DNA of 64,000 nucleotides from Eledone cirrhosa (Eukaryota): assembly GCA_964016885.1 (NCBI GenBank), contig OZ024746.1:66154001-66218000 (forward strand), given 5' to 3'. Of this stretch, positions 12,722 to 25,404 are shown piece by piece. The position numbers and the translations under genes were made by a program. Every line of letters starts with the position of its first letter. Positions within the stretch are counted from its first letter, which is position 1. The notes under the pieces are model-generated. The model worked only from the letters and a program-made list of their open reading frames with translations. It did not search any database and was not told where the DNA came from.

Positions 12722-14460
12722 ATTCTTTTAGTCTCAGTCATTGATGTTATTTAACTGGAATGTTTGTTGAAATGAATATCAAGCCACTACCTGCAGCCTC
12801 AGATATTCAGGACGCATAGGAGGGTTCTTGCTGTTCCCTGCACGCATGCCTTTTGAAGTGTTCCAAAAAGCGGGGCTGGACTAATTTTCTTTACCCATCC
12901 TTGGAAACTCTTTGAGATTGTACCTAGTGCGCCTATGACAATCGGGACCACTTTGACCTCATGGCAGTTCCAAATCCTTTTTACCTCCCACTTTAAATCC
13001 TGGTATCAGTTAATTTTCTCCCTCTCCTTTTCTTGCACTCTCGTGTCAAATGGGCAGCTACGTCTACAGTCAGGCATGATCTTTTTTGCTTGTCCCAAAC
13101 CACTAGGTCAGGCTTCTTGTGTTCCGGTCTCTTGTCCGTCTGTATCTAAAATCCCATAGCACCTTCACCTGATCGTTTTCTATCAGCGACTCTGGCTTAT
13201 GATCAAACCAATTCTAGAATGTGGTAAATTGCTTACTTTGCATAGGTACCAGTGGATAACCCTGCCCATCACATCATGTCTCACGCCTTTATAGTGAGTC
13301 TGGGCTAGGCGTTTACAGTCGGATACAATGTGAGCCACAGTCCCCTCTCTCACTCCACAGATCCTACACAGTGGGATAGCCTCCTTCTTGTAAATATGGT
13401 GTTCCAGCCACTTCATTTTGATGGCCTGCTCTTGCGCAGCCACAACATTCCTTCTGTAGCCTTTTTAAGGTCTCCTCTTTTCAACCAGTTACATGTCCAT
13501 GGATCTCTGAATTCAGTTTTCTCAAAGAAGCTACTATGAAGGGATTTTTCATGAATGTTGCTCTTTCTCCTTGTTGTTATTTCCTCCTTGGACATCCCCT
13601 GGTCTATTGTCTTATCCTTCAGTACAATTCTGAGCATTGGTTCCCTACTATCAGTCACGTATTTGTGTAGGTTGTTTTTCTCCATCTGAACACAATCCTC
13701 TATGCTGATAAGACCTCTTCCACCTTCAGATCTCCTTAAGTAGAGTCTATCGACATCACTCCTCTTGTGGAACATGCTATAGATAGTCAATAGCTTCCTA
13801 GTCTTCCTATCCATTTCTTTTTGTTCAGCAACATTCCATCTCAGAATTCCCGCACTGCACCTAATAATAGACACAGCTCGGGAATTTACTGCACTTATGG
13901 CATTCCTACTGTTCAGATGTGATTTTAATACGCTCCTTACTCTCTGAATATATTCAGTTCTTATCAATTCCTTCATTATATTGTTCTTAATGTCATCAGC
14001 CTCAAGAACACAGAAATATTTGTATCCTTCTTCAGTGTCAATTTCTTTTATCATCTCACCTGATGGTACCTGCATTCCGTTGCTTCTGCTCAAGGACTCC
14101 ACACTTACTAATATCAAATTGCATATATATATATCATTGCTGAAAATACGGACAGTGTCAACAAGCACATCCATGATCGTCCTTGTAGAGGAGGTGATTG
14201 ATGGTAAGCTCTCCCTTTCCCAACTTGTATCCTGCTCTCACTTTTCGCAGTATAATGGTCAGGGGCATCAGGGCAAAGGCAAAACACAGAGGGGACAGAC
14301 TATCTCCCTGGAAGATACCTCTATTGATCTTCACGCCTACCAAGGATTCTCCAGCCGATGTCAACTCTGTTTTCCAGGACTTCATACTTTTGCTCAACAA
14401 CTGCCTGATGTTATCTCCCACCTTGAAGATCTCTAGGCTTTTGGTGATCCAAGAATGAGT
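12722..14460 (-). mobile_element. R4/Dong copy (same family as 7.4-10.7 kb), 5'-truncated
   Basis: RGIFQGDSLSP, HLLYKDD, SDVDRLYLRRSEGGRGL, CRICG..TVAHIVSDC; 3' end GACTGAGACTAAAAGAATG(ATA)n. Confidence 0.92.
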
Positions 14461-14500
14461 TATTATTATTATCATTATTGTTATTATTATTATTATTATT

Positions 14501-14684
14501 AGGTGGATTAGCAGTATCGGGAGAGGGTCGCAGGCCATGCTTTGATGCATAGAGTCACGGGTCTTGCCATTCTGAGTTCAAATCCCGCCGAGGTTAACTT
14601 TGCCTTTCATCCTTACGGGTTCGATAACATAAAGTACCAGTAATACACTGGTTATTTGCTGGCCTTGTGCCAAAAGTAGAAACA
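14501..14684 (+). mobile_element. tRNA-derived SINE within (TTA)n
   Basis: Reverse complement of the 10.75-kb copy; ends GTAGAAAC then (ATT)n. Confidence 0.9.
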
Positions 14685-14709
14685 ATTATTATTATTATTG
14701 CAGACTATT

Positions 14710-16000
14710 TGGTAAACAGTGACGAAGAGTTGTTGCAAATCTCAATAGTCACTCACAACCGCACATTATAACAATTATAAATAATCTAACGTTATAACTC
14801 AATTCTACCTAATATAAAAATGTCAAAACATATCCGCTAGCAGTAATTGTTAAACAGTCAGATTCATTTGGAAGTGAGTTACTTATATCGAATGGAAATG
14901 AAGGTTTCGACGTATATGTTATTACTCCATTGTATGAAGGCGTTGAAAATCAGATTAAACTTTTTTTAAAAAATTAATTAAATATTCAACTAACGGTGAA
15001 TTATTCCTACCTTGTGCCCAAAATCAAAGTTGATATACGTGAATAAGTAAAAGCAAACAACAAAAAGACAGAAAAAAATGTTGCCTCTGTTCAATGAGGA
15101 CAACTATTTTCTTGTTATTTTCACTATGTCCAATGAACAAGTTTACAACGGATTGCATTGCCCTGATTGGACTGAGCTGTCTGGACGCTTTGTATGAGAC
15201 GAGAGTTTGAAGCTGGCACTATTAAAGAAATAATAATACGGGCTATCTCTTACATCCACTCATTTATCTATTGAAGCCAACCATGGAGCATTTATGCAGT
15301 TACTGTTAGGAATTTCGGTACAATAATCTCGGAATATATACTTACGACGAAAATATAAACAAAAATTCATTTGGAAATGTTGTTCATAGGATTGTCACGA
15401 CTGGAATGTCTCTGATCAAAGGTAATATAAATAAGACATGAAATCATATATAATGTGGTAGTGCAATCTTTTAGAAAGAGTAACCAAATATTCAGCAATA
15501 CTATACCAACCTTATTGTAGTGTCTGTTATACATGAAGATGAGATATTCACGTCAATAATCTTCTCCTTCACAGCAGACGTGGGGCTGATTATTAAATAC
15601 TTCCAACTAGATAACATACACCCTTTAGATTAATAGGCAATCTGGGAATTGCAAGTACGAAGCAGCTGTAACTAAATACGAACTTTTGAATAATGTTTCT
15701 TACAGTTTCTCATGGAATACACTATGCTATTGATTTATTTCTCAAAGTGTACTGGATCAAGTGCCAAAATAACCCACGTGATATTTCAAAGTATGACAGT
15801 TTAAGGATATAGAACAATCATGCAGATTCTACAATTTTTTTCAACTCAGTCACCCAGGTAATACAAACAAAATGATTGCTAATTCAAGCTGAATTCAAAG
15901 CATAAGATGCTGGACCAGATTCTTCAAATTATTTCACTGATGCAATGGCAGCCCTGCCAAACGATCATTCAATAATAGTAACAACATAACCCTACATCGT
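14710..16000 (-). pseudogene. Possible very degenerate hAT-type transposase remnant
   Basis: Complex non-repetitive stretch with only weak, broken similarity to hAT C-terminal motifs (e.g. LRFATT near 14730); no intact frame. Confidence 0.2.
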
Positions 16001-17429
16001 TCTTATCGTTCTTCTCTGAATTCCAAAATATATTACTCGGCATTGCCTTCACGTTATGTCTTTTTACACATGTATTTTTGTACCAGCATACTCCTAACAT
16101 ACAGATTCTCTAGTAGCTACCCTTTATAATATTTCTTCTCAGAACCCTATGTAACTTCAACGTGTGAAAGAAGTATTTTTGCATGCTATGGCTGTGAAAG
16201 CATTATAAGTTGTTGGTATTGATGTAATATGTTTATGATATCGTGGGGACATGGCATTCAGATTAATATGGCTTTGTTTTCCAGAAGCCAGCCAAGGTCT
16301 GATTCTGATTTCATTATGTAATTAAACACTGCCAATACATATATGTGATTAAATGAGCAGCATACAATACATCTTCCAAAACCTCTGAAACAAGTCGGAG
16401 AAAGATAACATCAACATAGGAATAGTTCCGAATGCATTTAATAGAATATCATCAGTTAAATATATATCGGCGTTGGTGTATATATGTAGGTTTGCTTCAT
16501 CGGTGAAAACAAGAAGCTAAGTAAATGACGTTAGTTACTACCTTCATAGCGGAAGGTTTTTAAAATGTTTACATATAGTCAACATATAGTATATTATTAA
16601 ATATACAATACGTACATTCATACATCGCTATTTCACAAATTTCTAAAAAAAAAGAAAAAATCATTTTAGCACTTCCTATAGAAATGTTTATTTTAAATTG
16701 TGTATTGAAACTTTAATTAAACACCAATAGTAGCAAGGCTAACAATGGTAACACTACCGACTATATAACACTAGAAGGAAAGATGTATGGAGAAGACGAA
16801 TCCATCCACGTAGATAAATTTGAGATGTTTTGGCCTTAAACTGCACTCCGATCTTATGATTCTCATAACCTATAAGAAATAAAGTAATGGTTTTGTAACT
16901 CGTATGATTTTGGCTTCACTAGTTCAAAACACACATGTGTTTTTATGTATGCATAAATACATACAAATCTATATATAGAGAGGTGGACATACATTCACGT
17001 ACACACATATACACACACATACACACACATATATACATATGATTATATGTATTACGTCTGAATGTATCTATGTGCGCATATATGTATAGATATACATATG
17101 CATGTATAAATCTATATGGAAAGCAGGTAAGTAAAAGAAATAAAATTCCACACAAAAATCAACAAAAGTATATAACCAAACGTTAAGAAGTGTCTAACAA
17201 GATTATATAACTTAACAAATCAACCCTACAGCACTCTGTTTTGTTTTGTATACTTTATTCAATTGTTTTCCTGCCTTTCATACTGTTTATAATATTTATT
17301 TAGTTGTTTATTCTTGCTTATTTTTCATGGCTACACTAAACAGTCATCGTGGACTGAAATAAGACGCACACACAATATATATATATATATATATATTTTT
17401 CTTCCTAATAATCGTCTCTTTCTCCCTGT

Positions 17430-17508
<79 letters not shown>

Positions 17509-17553
17509 ATATATATGTATATGTATATATATGTATATATATGTATGTATATG

Positions 17554-17632
<79 letters not shown>

Positions 17633-17634
<2 letters not shown>

Positions 17635-17816
17635 CGAAGGAAATGTGGTAAGGAACCAGGTGGACCATAACGCACCAAAGTACTCAATACTTGAGGTAGT
17701 AGAGTGTGTAATAGGAACCAGTAAGACCCCGACAGCTGAGCTCAAGCCGTTTCGACGGCTAATTCTGGGAATTAGCCGTCGAAACGGCTTGAGCTCAGCT
17801 GTCGGGGTCTTACTGG

Positions 17817-17820
<4 letters not shown>
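17633..17820. mobile_element. Fold-back mini-element, family C (putative PLE terminus), in (TA)n
   Basis: Perfect ~51-bp hairpin 17715-17819; homologues at 35388-35583, 23992-24068 and 61825-62005. Confidence 0.75.
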
Positions 17821-17868
<48 letters not shown>

Positions 17869-17904
17869 CACATACATATACATATATATACATATATATA
17901 CACA

Positions 17905-17943
<39 letters not shown>

Positions 17944-18034
17944 CTATATATGTGTGTGTGTGTGTATATATCTATCTCTATATACATATATATACATATA
18001 TATATATATACATACAGTTACATACATATGTATG

Positions 18035-18147
<113 letters not shown>

Positions 18148-18160
18148 ATGTATACATAGG

Positions 18161-18212
<52 letters not shown>

Positions 18213-18612
18213 CACGGAGAAATATTACACGCAGAAAAGGAATAGAAAGTATATAACAAGTTATATCGATCAATATGCATAGCCTTCGATATTATTTGGT
18301 TTTCTGGTGCTCTCTCTGTCTTTTTTGGTTTACTATTCTTTACTCTTCTTTTCTCTCTTGGGAACCGCTTCTCTTATTAGCATTATTCATTATTTCCTGG
18401 CAAATATTTCCTATACAATCGAGACAGTTCGCCACTACCTATCCTATAGTTTTCTGCCCTCCTGACATCTTCTTTGTATCATTTGAAGTAAAGTTCTTTT
18501 GTCTTTCCTCTTTTTCATCTCTCACCAAGTTCTAAATACATTAGATAAGCTCAGACGCACACTGTTCAGCCAGTTTAATTGTTTGTTTGTTTCTTTAGTG
18601 ATATATCATAAC

Positions 18613-18624
18613 TGTTGTTGTTGT

Positions 18625-18673
<49 letters not shown>

Positions 18674-18693
18674 GCTGTTACTCCTACTATTAT

Positions 18694-18766
<73 letters not shown>

Positions 18767-18771
18767 ACCAA

Positions 18772-18805
<34 letters not shown>

Positions 18806-18836
18806 GCTACTACTACTACTAGTACTACTACTACTG
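18613..18836. repeat. (TAC)n/(TAA)n trinucleotide microsatellite
   Basis: Direct reading; gives poly-L/V/Y/S pseudo-ORFs. Similar tracts at 25320-25403, 26445-26580 and 58797-58935. Confidence 0.95.
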
Positions 18837-19537
18837 CCACTTTTATAATTATTATTTTTTTTTTTTTTTAATTTCCCTTTCCGTTTCATGTCACTTCGTT
18901 TTAAACACACATTTTCTGTTTACTTTTTCTCCCTGATATTTTCCTGATACAGAATTCACACACCGACACCCCCTCCACACACACACGCACACACACAGAC
19001 ACACAAACATATATATATATATATATATACATATATAAGTCTGTGTGTGTGGAGGGTGGGATGGGGGTGATCACGTGACACGTTTATGTATGTGCGTGTA
19101 AGTATTCATATATATGTATATAAAAAAAACGTTCATATACGATTTGTCTCAGAATATTTTAATATAAATCTTATCAGTCTGCCCATATTCATATATATAT
19201 AAAATCTGTGTGCCGACTTTCTCCTTCGTACATATATAGAACAAGTGCATTTGTTAGCTATAAATCAACACAGAACTAATATATGGTAAATGAAGTTTAA
19301 TATCATATTTAGCACTGTAACCTTAGTTTATGTTGAAAACTTTACAAAAGTAAGGCAATGTGATAGATGTGACTTTATAAAGAAATATCATAATTCAGTT
19401 CACAATATTATTATTGATTCATACTCTTCTGCACATTTGACCGTTCTGGGACGCTTTCAAATATGTATCCGTTTTAGAACAGAAGTGAACGCTAATCACT
19501 TGCTCTGAGAGAGAGAAAGAGAGATATCGATAAATAA

Positions 19538-19728
19538 TGGTTTCAGATGTAGGCACAAGGTAAGGAATTCGATCCCAGTGCATTGCTGGTACTTTATTTT
19601 ATCGATCTCGTAAGCATGAAATACAAAGCTAACTTAGGCGGGAAATGAACCCAGATCGTAAAGGGGTATAACTCTATGCTGAAAAGTATGGTGTCTGAAG
19701 CTCTCCCGAGACTCTTCTTCTCCGCCTC
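19538..19728 (-). mobile_element. Older, diverged copy of the tRNA-derived SINE
   Basis: GGCACAAGG...CCCAGTGCATTGCTGGTACTTTATTTTATCGATCTCGTAAGCATGAAA. Confidence 0.8.
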
Positions 19729-20651
19729 TTTGCCTACTTATTCCTGGGAAGGACATGGGGTGAATACTTGATGAGTGTATGTTTGTCCGCGCATTTGTGT
19801 GCGAAAGTGCGCGCTTATGTATGAATAAGAGAGTGAGAGATAGAGAGATGAAGATGAAGTAAGAGTGAAATAGATAACTGGAGAAGAATCTTGACTGGCA
19901 TATTATCGATCTCGAAAGCATGAAGAAGTTTACCATGAGCAGGGTTTGAAATCAGAAGACAGAGAGCCGCAATATAATGTGCGACTCTTTAACGACTGTA
20001 AATATATGGTGCTTGAATAAATGAAAATATTCTATTAAATACAGACGTCGGCAAATTTCTGAATTGCAGCTAAGAGAAATTTCACCTGCTACTTAGTTTA
20101 TTTTTACATAAAATTGATAATTTAAATAAAAAATATCGTTGGATTTTAGAATAAATTTAACGTTTCGTTTCGTTTTTTTTTAAAACATATATTCTACTGA
20201 AACACGATATTAAAGAATTTTTACGAATGACGTTGTGTAATGTTAACATCCTTTCTTGGATTTTTACTTATATTATTATTATTAAAATCTCATTGAAATT
20301 AGGAACCTAACTAACATGAGTGAAAGTGCATCACATGATTTTCTCACATTCAAGGGAAATAATCAGTGTATGAAAACATTTCTCAGGAGGCTTTAAATAG
20401 AAAGGAGGGTTGAGTGCAGCGGAACATTGAAAACTACGAGAACACCCAAATCTAATATATAACATGCCTAACACATATAGCCACATGCATGTATCATTAC
20501 GAAAACTGTTTGAAATTAGGCTAATGATACAGAAATATATAGACAAACATTAATTGAAGTATAAACACGTACACAAACACACACACATATATATACATAC
20601 ACACACACACACATATATATACATACACACACACGCACACACACACATACG

Positions 20652-20700
<49 letters not shown>

Positions 20701-21035
20701 GTATGGGTTATATCGAACATTAATAATTATGTTCGATTCGTTTGTAAACAAACGGCCCAATTTGAAGCCGGGCCGAGCCGGTGACCCAGCGTCACCTGTT
20801 TTGAGGAACAATCAACATTTATCTGGGTCATTAAGTTTCATCAGGACTGTATATCTCTGCCAGTCTGTTGAATGGTTGAAAATATATAGTATTTGTTTAA
20901 GTACACATCGGCTGAGTAGCTTCATTTTCATACCGAACGAGTTACGGTTGGCCTTGCCGAAATATGTATATTGATATATAGGTAGATAGATATAATGTTA
21001 GAAATATTGATATATGGATATTTAGTTAGGCAGAC

Positions 21036-21096
<61 letters not shown>

Positions 21097-21102
<6 letters not shown>

Positions 21103-23305
21103 TACTTTGGGAGGGTCATGTTGCCAATAAGAAACACACGCACCAGTTCCTTTCACTTCAATTTATTATAATAAATTTATAAATTTAGGAATTTATAAAT
21201 TTCCGGTTGGTTGGTTGGTTCCACAACCAGATGGTTGTTTATATATTGTTTAAAGTGCTTTCGTCACACATTATGTAACGTCTTCAGTGACTGGGATTCT
21301 TTTCTTTGTTTTTGTGCCTCTCCTTTGTTCTGTCCTACGCCATCTTGTTTCTGTGTGTGTGGTGTGTGCTCAGTCTGCGCATGCGCCACATCCGGGTGTC
21401 TGTGTGTGTTTATATTCGTTTATTTATTTGTTTATTTACATGTTACAGGTTGGTTGTTTGTTCTATGTGCGTGTGTGTTTTCATTTTGTCCTTAATTGTA
21501 AGTTGTAATGTTGCTGTTCCACTCATATTTTCTATTTAATTTTGGTTGTAATTCTTTTATGTTTATTGCCTCTGTGATTTGTCTAAACATTACGTCTTTC
21601 CTGTGTGTAGATTCTATTTTTTTCTATGTTCTCTAATTTACCCTTATGTTCTATTTTAGCATGTTGGTAGAGTACAGATGATTCTTTACTATCTTGAAGG
21701 TCTCGCCAGTGTTCATTTATCCGTTCCCCTACACTACCAGCTGTCTCACCTATGTACACTATATTTTTGTCTCTACATTGTCCTACTGTACATCTTCTGC
21801 CATATACACTACACTTCTAGTTTTACAGTTAATATGGGGGCTTAATTTACAGGTTATACATTTCTTATCTATACAGGTGGGGGGTCTTGAAAAGGGTATG
21901 TCTTGCTAATAAGTGTTTTTACGGAGGTACCTGGTCTTTCTACTATCTTAATATTGAGTTTATGTTTATCTAGGGCCCTTCTAAATTTGTAAGCTAATTC
22001 ACCTCTAGGCTTTGTATCGATGAACATTACACTCTGGTATTTATTGCTATCATACCATGATTTTATTCTATTAGCCTTATTCCTAGTTCTTTCTATTCTA
22101 TTCCAAAATTTGCTCCTATAGAAGGGGCAGGTCCCATTTGTGTCATTATTTACCATTTTTTCCCATTTGGTTCTGGCTCCTATATACAATCTGATTCTAT
22201 CTCTCTGATTGTAACCAGAGAACTGCATACGGTGGATGAAGTGTTGTATGTGTCTCTCTACTTCTTCTGGGTTCCACATGCGGGACACGTTTCTCATCAC
22301 CCGTACCAAATACGCAATCAGTATGTTGATTTTGGTATGGTCCGAAACAGCTGAGTTTCGGTGGATCAGATATTTGGAAGTCATGGGTTTGACATAATGG
22401 GAATGGAGGATTTGTTTTTTGTTATTAATGGTATCTAACCAGAGCTCTGTGTCTAGTACAGGTAATCGATGGTTAGGGTGTTTACTTGGGTAGTCTATAG
22501 TAACTCTAATACTCTGGTGGATGGAGTTAGCTATTTGCTGGATGCTTTCCATTGTGTTTTTCTCTAATTCCTGACTGTTCTCTAGTGGGGGTGTTTTAAC
22601 TAAAATGTTTATATCATCAACGTAGCGGGAGTACATTATCAGGGTTAAGGGGTCTTCTAATTGTTCTTTAAGTTTAAGTTTAAGTTTAAGTCTACTGTCC
22701 TACCATGAATAAGTTAGCTATGTCGCCTGCAATGCTAACACCAATGGCTGCTCCTTCCTCTTGGGCATATGTTTTTCCATTAAATTTGAACATATGTTCC
22801 TTAAGGGTTAATTTTATGCTGGCCCCCACCGCATGTGCAATCATTTTCTTTAGTTCATCGTGGTTTTCGGGTGCCCGTATGACTCTGGTCCACCCGTTCC
22901 ATCTATCTTTGTGGGTTTTCTTGGCCATTGAGGTAATGGTAGGTGGTCTGCCTCTTGCTGGTCTTGTAGGGCACAGGTTGCTATGGTCATATGTGTCTAG
23001 GTAATTATTACTATAGGTAAGTTTAAGTAGGAGTCCCAGCTCACTGGTATCAATCCCACGGAACTCAACATTGCTCTCACTGATCATTTCAACCATCATT
23101 TCAACCATCTGGTTGTGGAACCAACCAACCAACCGGAAATTTATAAATTCCTAAATTTATAAATTTATTATAATAAATTGAAGTGAAAGCAACTGGTGCG
23201 TGTGTTTCTTATTGGCAACATGACCCTCCCAAAGTCTAACAATATCGGTATCCAACACACGTTTTCAGATAAAGAATCTTGCTAAACAAATTCAGAAACG
23301 AAATA
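21097..23305 (-). mobile_element. Penelope-like element family A: RT + GIY-YIG remnant, 3' pLTR and inverted 5' pLTR segment
   Basis: RT FKFNGKTYAQEEGAAIG..IANLFM (22692-23100), YSRYVDD, LPVLD, HYVKP (21869-22636); GIY-YIG NCKTRSVVY..C...VYIGETAGSVGERINEH (~21705-21840); 23104-23243 is the reverse complement of 21097-21237; (TA)n on both sides. Confidence 0.9.
21249..21291 (-). ncRNA. Minimal type I HHR in family A pLTR (degenerate stem I)
   Basis: GUCA-CUGAAGA-CGUUACAUAAUGUGUGAC-GAAA-GCAC-UU. Confidence 0.6.
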
Positions 23306-23337
23306 TATATATATATACATATATATAAAGATATATA

Positions 23338-23735
23338 AGTGGTTACACAACAGTTAGTTCACCATACCGAGAACAATTGTTTCATCTTAACGGCTTCTCA
23401 GCTCGTAATGAACATGGTTATAGGAACAGGAAGGACAACCGTACGAACACGCATGCCCAGAAACGATCACTTCACACAGGCAATACTAAATTGCGTGCGA
23501 GAGGCGAAATTCCAAAAGTTTCTAGTTGATAAGAAAATTAGGATGTTGTAATTCAATCCGGAGCTTTGCAGTTATGCAAGAGGTGTTTCCAGACTTGTGG
23601 ACAACGTGTTAAGAATTCATTATTCGTGTTTATGTAATCACTATTGCGTAATCTCATTAGAATATTTATTCGTTCATCAATACATAGTCCACACGACGGT
23701 GCTCTACCACTACGGATATTACTTTCTAGTGTTCT

Positions 23736-23740
<5 letters not shown>
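23338..23740 (-). mobile_element. 3' end of another PLE: GIY-YIG C-terminus plus pLTR with degenerate HHR
   Basis: CGLCIDERINIL...YINTNNEFLTRCPQ..KHLL..C* fits the PLE C-terminal CxLC..E....N..E...C pattern; HHR-like CGAG-CUGAGAA...GAAACAAUUGUU/CUCG at 23368-23405. Confidence 0.7.
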
Positions 23741-23792
<52 letters not shown>

Positions 23793-23833
23793 CGAAACAT
23801 AAGTCAATTGTATGAACTCATAATCCTTTATTT

Positions 23834-23889
23834 ACTGCTATATATATTTCGATGATAGACATTGAATGGCTATGACCTCATCAGGCAGT
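23834..23889 (-). ncRNA. Minimal type I HHR
   Basis: ACUGC-CUGAUGA-GGUCAUAGCCAUUCAAUGUCUAUCAUC-GAAA-UAUAUA-UA/GCAGU; palindromic stem III; lies in a ~165-bp island between TA tracts. Confidence 0.8.
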
Positions 23890-23948
23890 TAGTCAGTTCT
23901 TAGATATGCCAGCGTTGTGTTTATAGTGTTGATGGTATCAGAGCCTTG

Positions 23949-23991
<43 letters not shown>

Positions 23992-23992
<1 letters not shown>

Positions 23993-24068
23993 CCCACTAT
24001 ACTAGCCTAAGTACTGAATACTCTGGTCCGTTATGGTCCATCTGGTTCCTTACCACACTCCCTTCGTT
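23992..24068 (+). mobile_element. Family C 3' tail fragment
   Basis: ...CCGTTATGGTCCATCTGGTTCCTTACCACACTCCCTTCGTT(AT)n, matching the reverse complement of 17633-17710. Confidence 0.75.
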
Positions 24069-24099
24069 ATATATATATGTATGTATATATGTATGTATG

Positions 24100-24227
<128 letters not shown>

Positions 24228-24362
24228 TATAAATATTAATAAAATATTTTATTAATATTTATATTTTAATATTAATAACTCCGGAAAATTATTTTACCGT
24301 AGAGTGCATCCAATCTACTGTAAAACTCATTCTTTGACATAATCATTGAATATCGTTTAACA

Positions 24363-24464
<102 letters not shown>

Positions 24465-25320
24465 ATATTTGTTTAAATACTTTGTATAAATATATTTCTC
24501 GTAGCAAGAATTTTATATTTGTTTTATATCTCATGATATAGCTATATCGAAAGTTTGTTTTAAAAAATGAATAAATGAAATTCTGTAAATATCTCTAAAA
24601 TAGTAGCTGAAATACTTGCAAAAATTCTAACATTCACAGTTTTGCTAAAACCTTTCAACGTATATATCGTTCTTGTTCACCGATGACAGTCTTAATGCAT
24701 TTTTCAACTGCCAATTCACACTAAATTACACATCCAAATTTATTATACTGGCGCGGATGTAAATGTGCCGTTCCAGTATGATCTTATACTTGCTGTCTAA
24801 AACAAATTAAAAGACTAAATAAAAACATACCAATAACAACAAAAAACAACCCTTTTAGCAAGTGTGCACGTACACAAACACAAGTATATAACACGCCTGC
24901 ACACAAACACACACCATTTACGTCACATTAAGTGACTGCCTCTACTGAAAGCAAGCTTCCATTTGTTTTCTTTTTTCTATATGTGAAACATGTACAAGTT
25001 ATTTTATTATCGAATAATGTGTGTCACCTTTATTCTCAGCTTAGTACGTCCCACTGATATATATGGCAATCCTGACTATGGCCATTTTGACATAAATAAA
25101 TACGCAGATAAATATTTGTTTAACATAAAATCATTGTCGGAATTGCAGGGTAAATATTTCATTGAAGTGAAAAATTGGGTTTGATTCGATTTTGTTTTCC
25201 TTTACATATAAAATAGATGCCATAATTAAATGTAGAGCATCATTAAATATCAACACTGATGGTGTAGGAGATGGTGTCGTATTAATAACGCTATCTCTAC
25301 CAGCATTACAGATTGTAGCA

Positions 25321-25404
<84 letters not shown>

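Noticed and set aside
18575-18910. Poly-S/L/V ORFs
   Set aside because: (TAC)n trinucleotide repeat
20790-20975. HHR-like pieces (CTGATGA on minus; GCCGAAATATGTATA on plus)
   Set aside because: Each lacks the other half of the core; at best a decayed remnant
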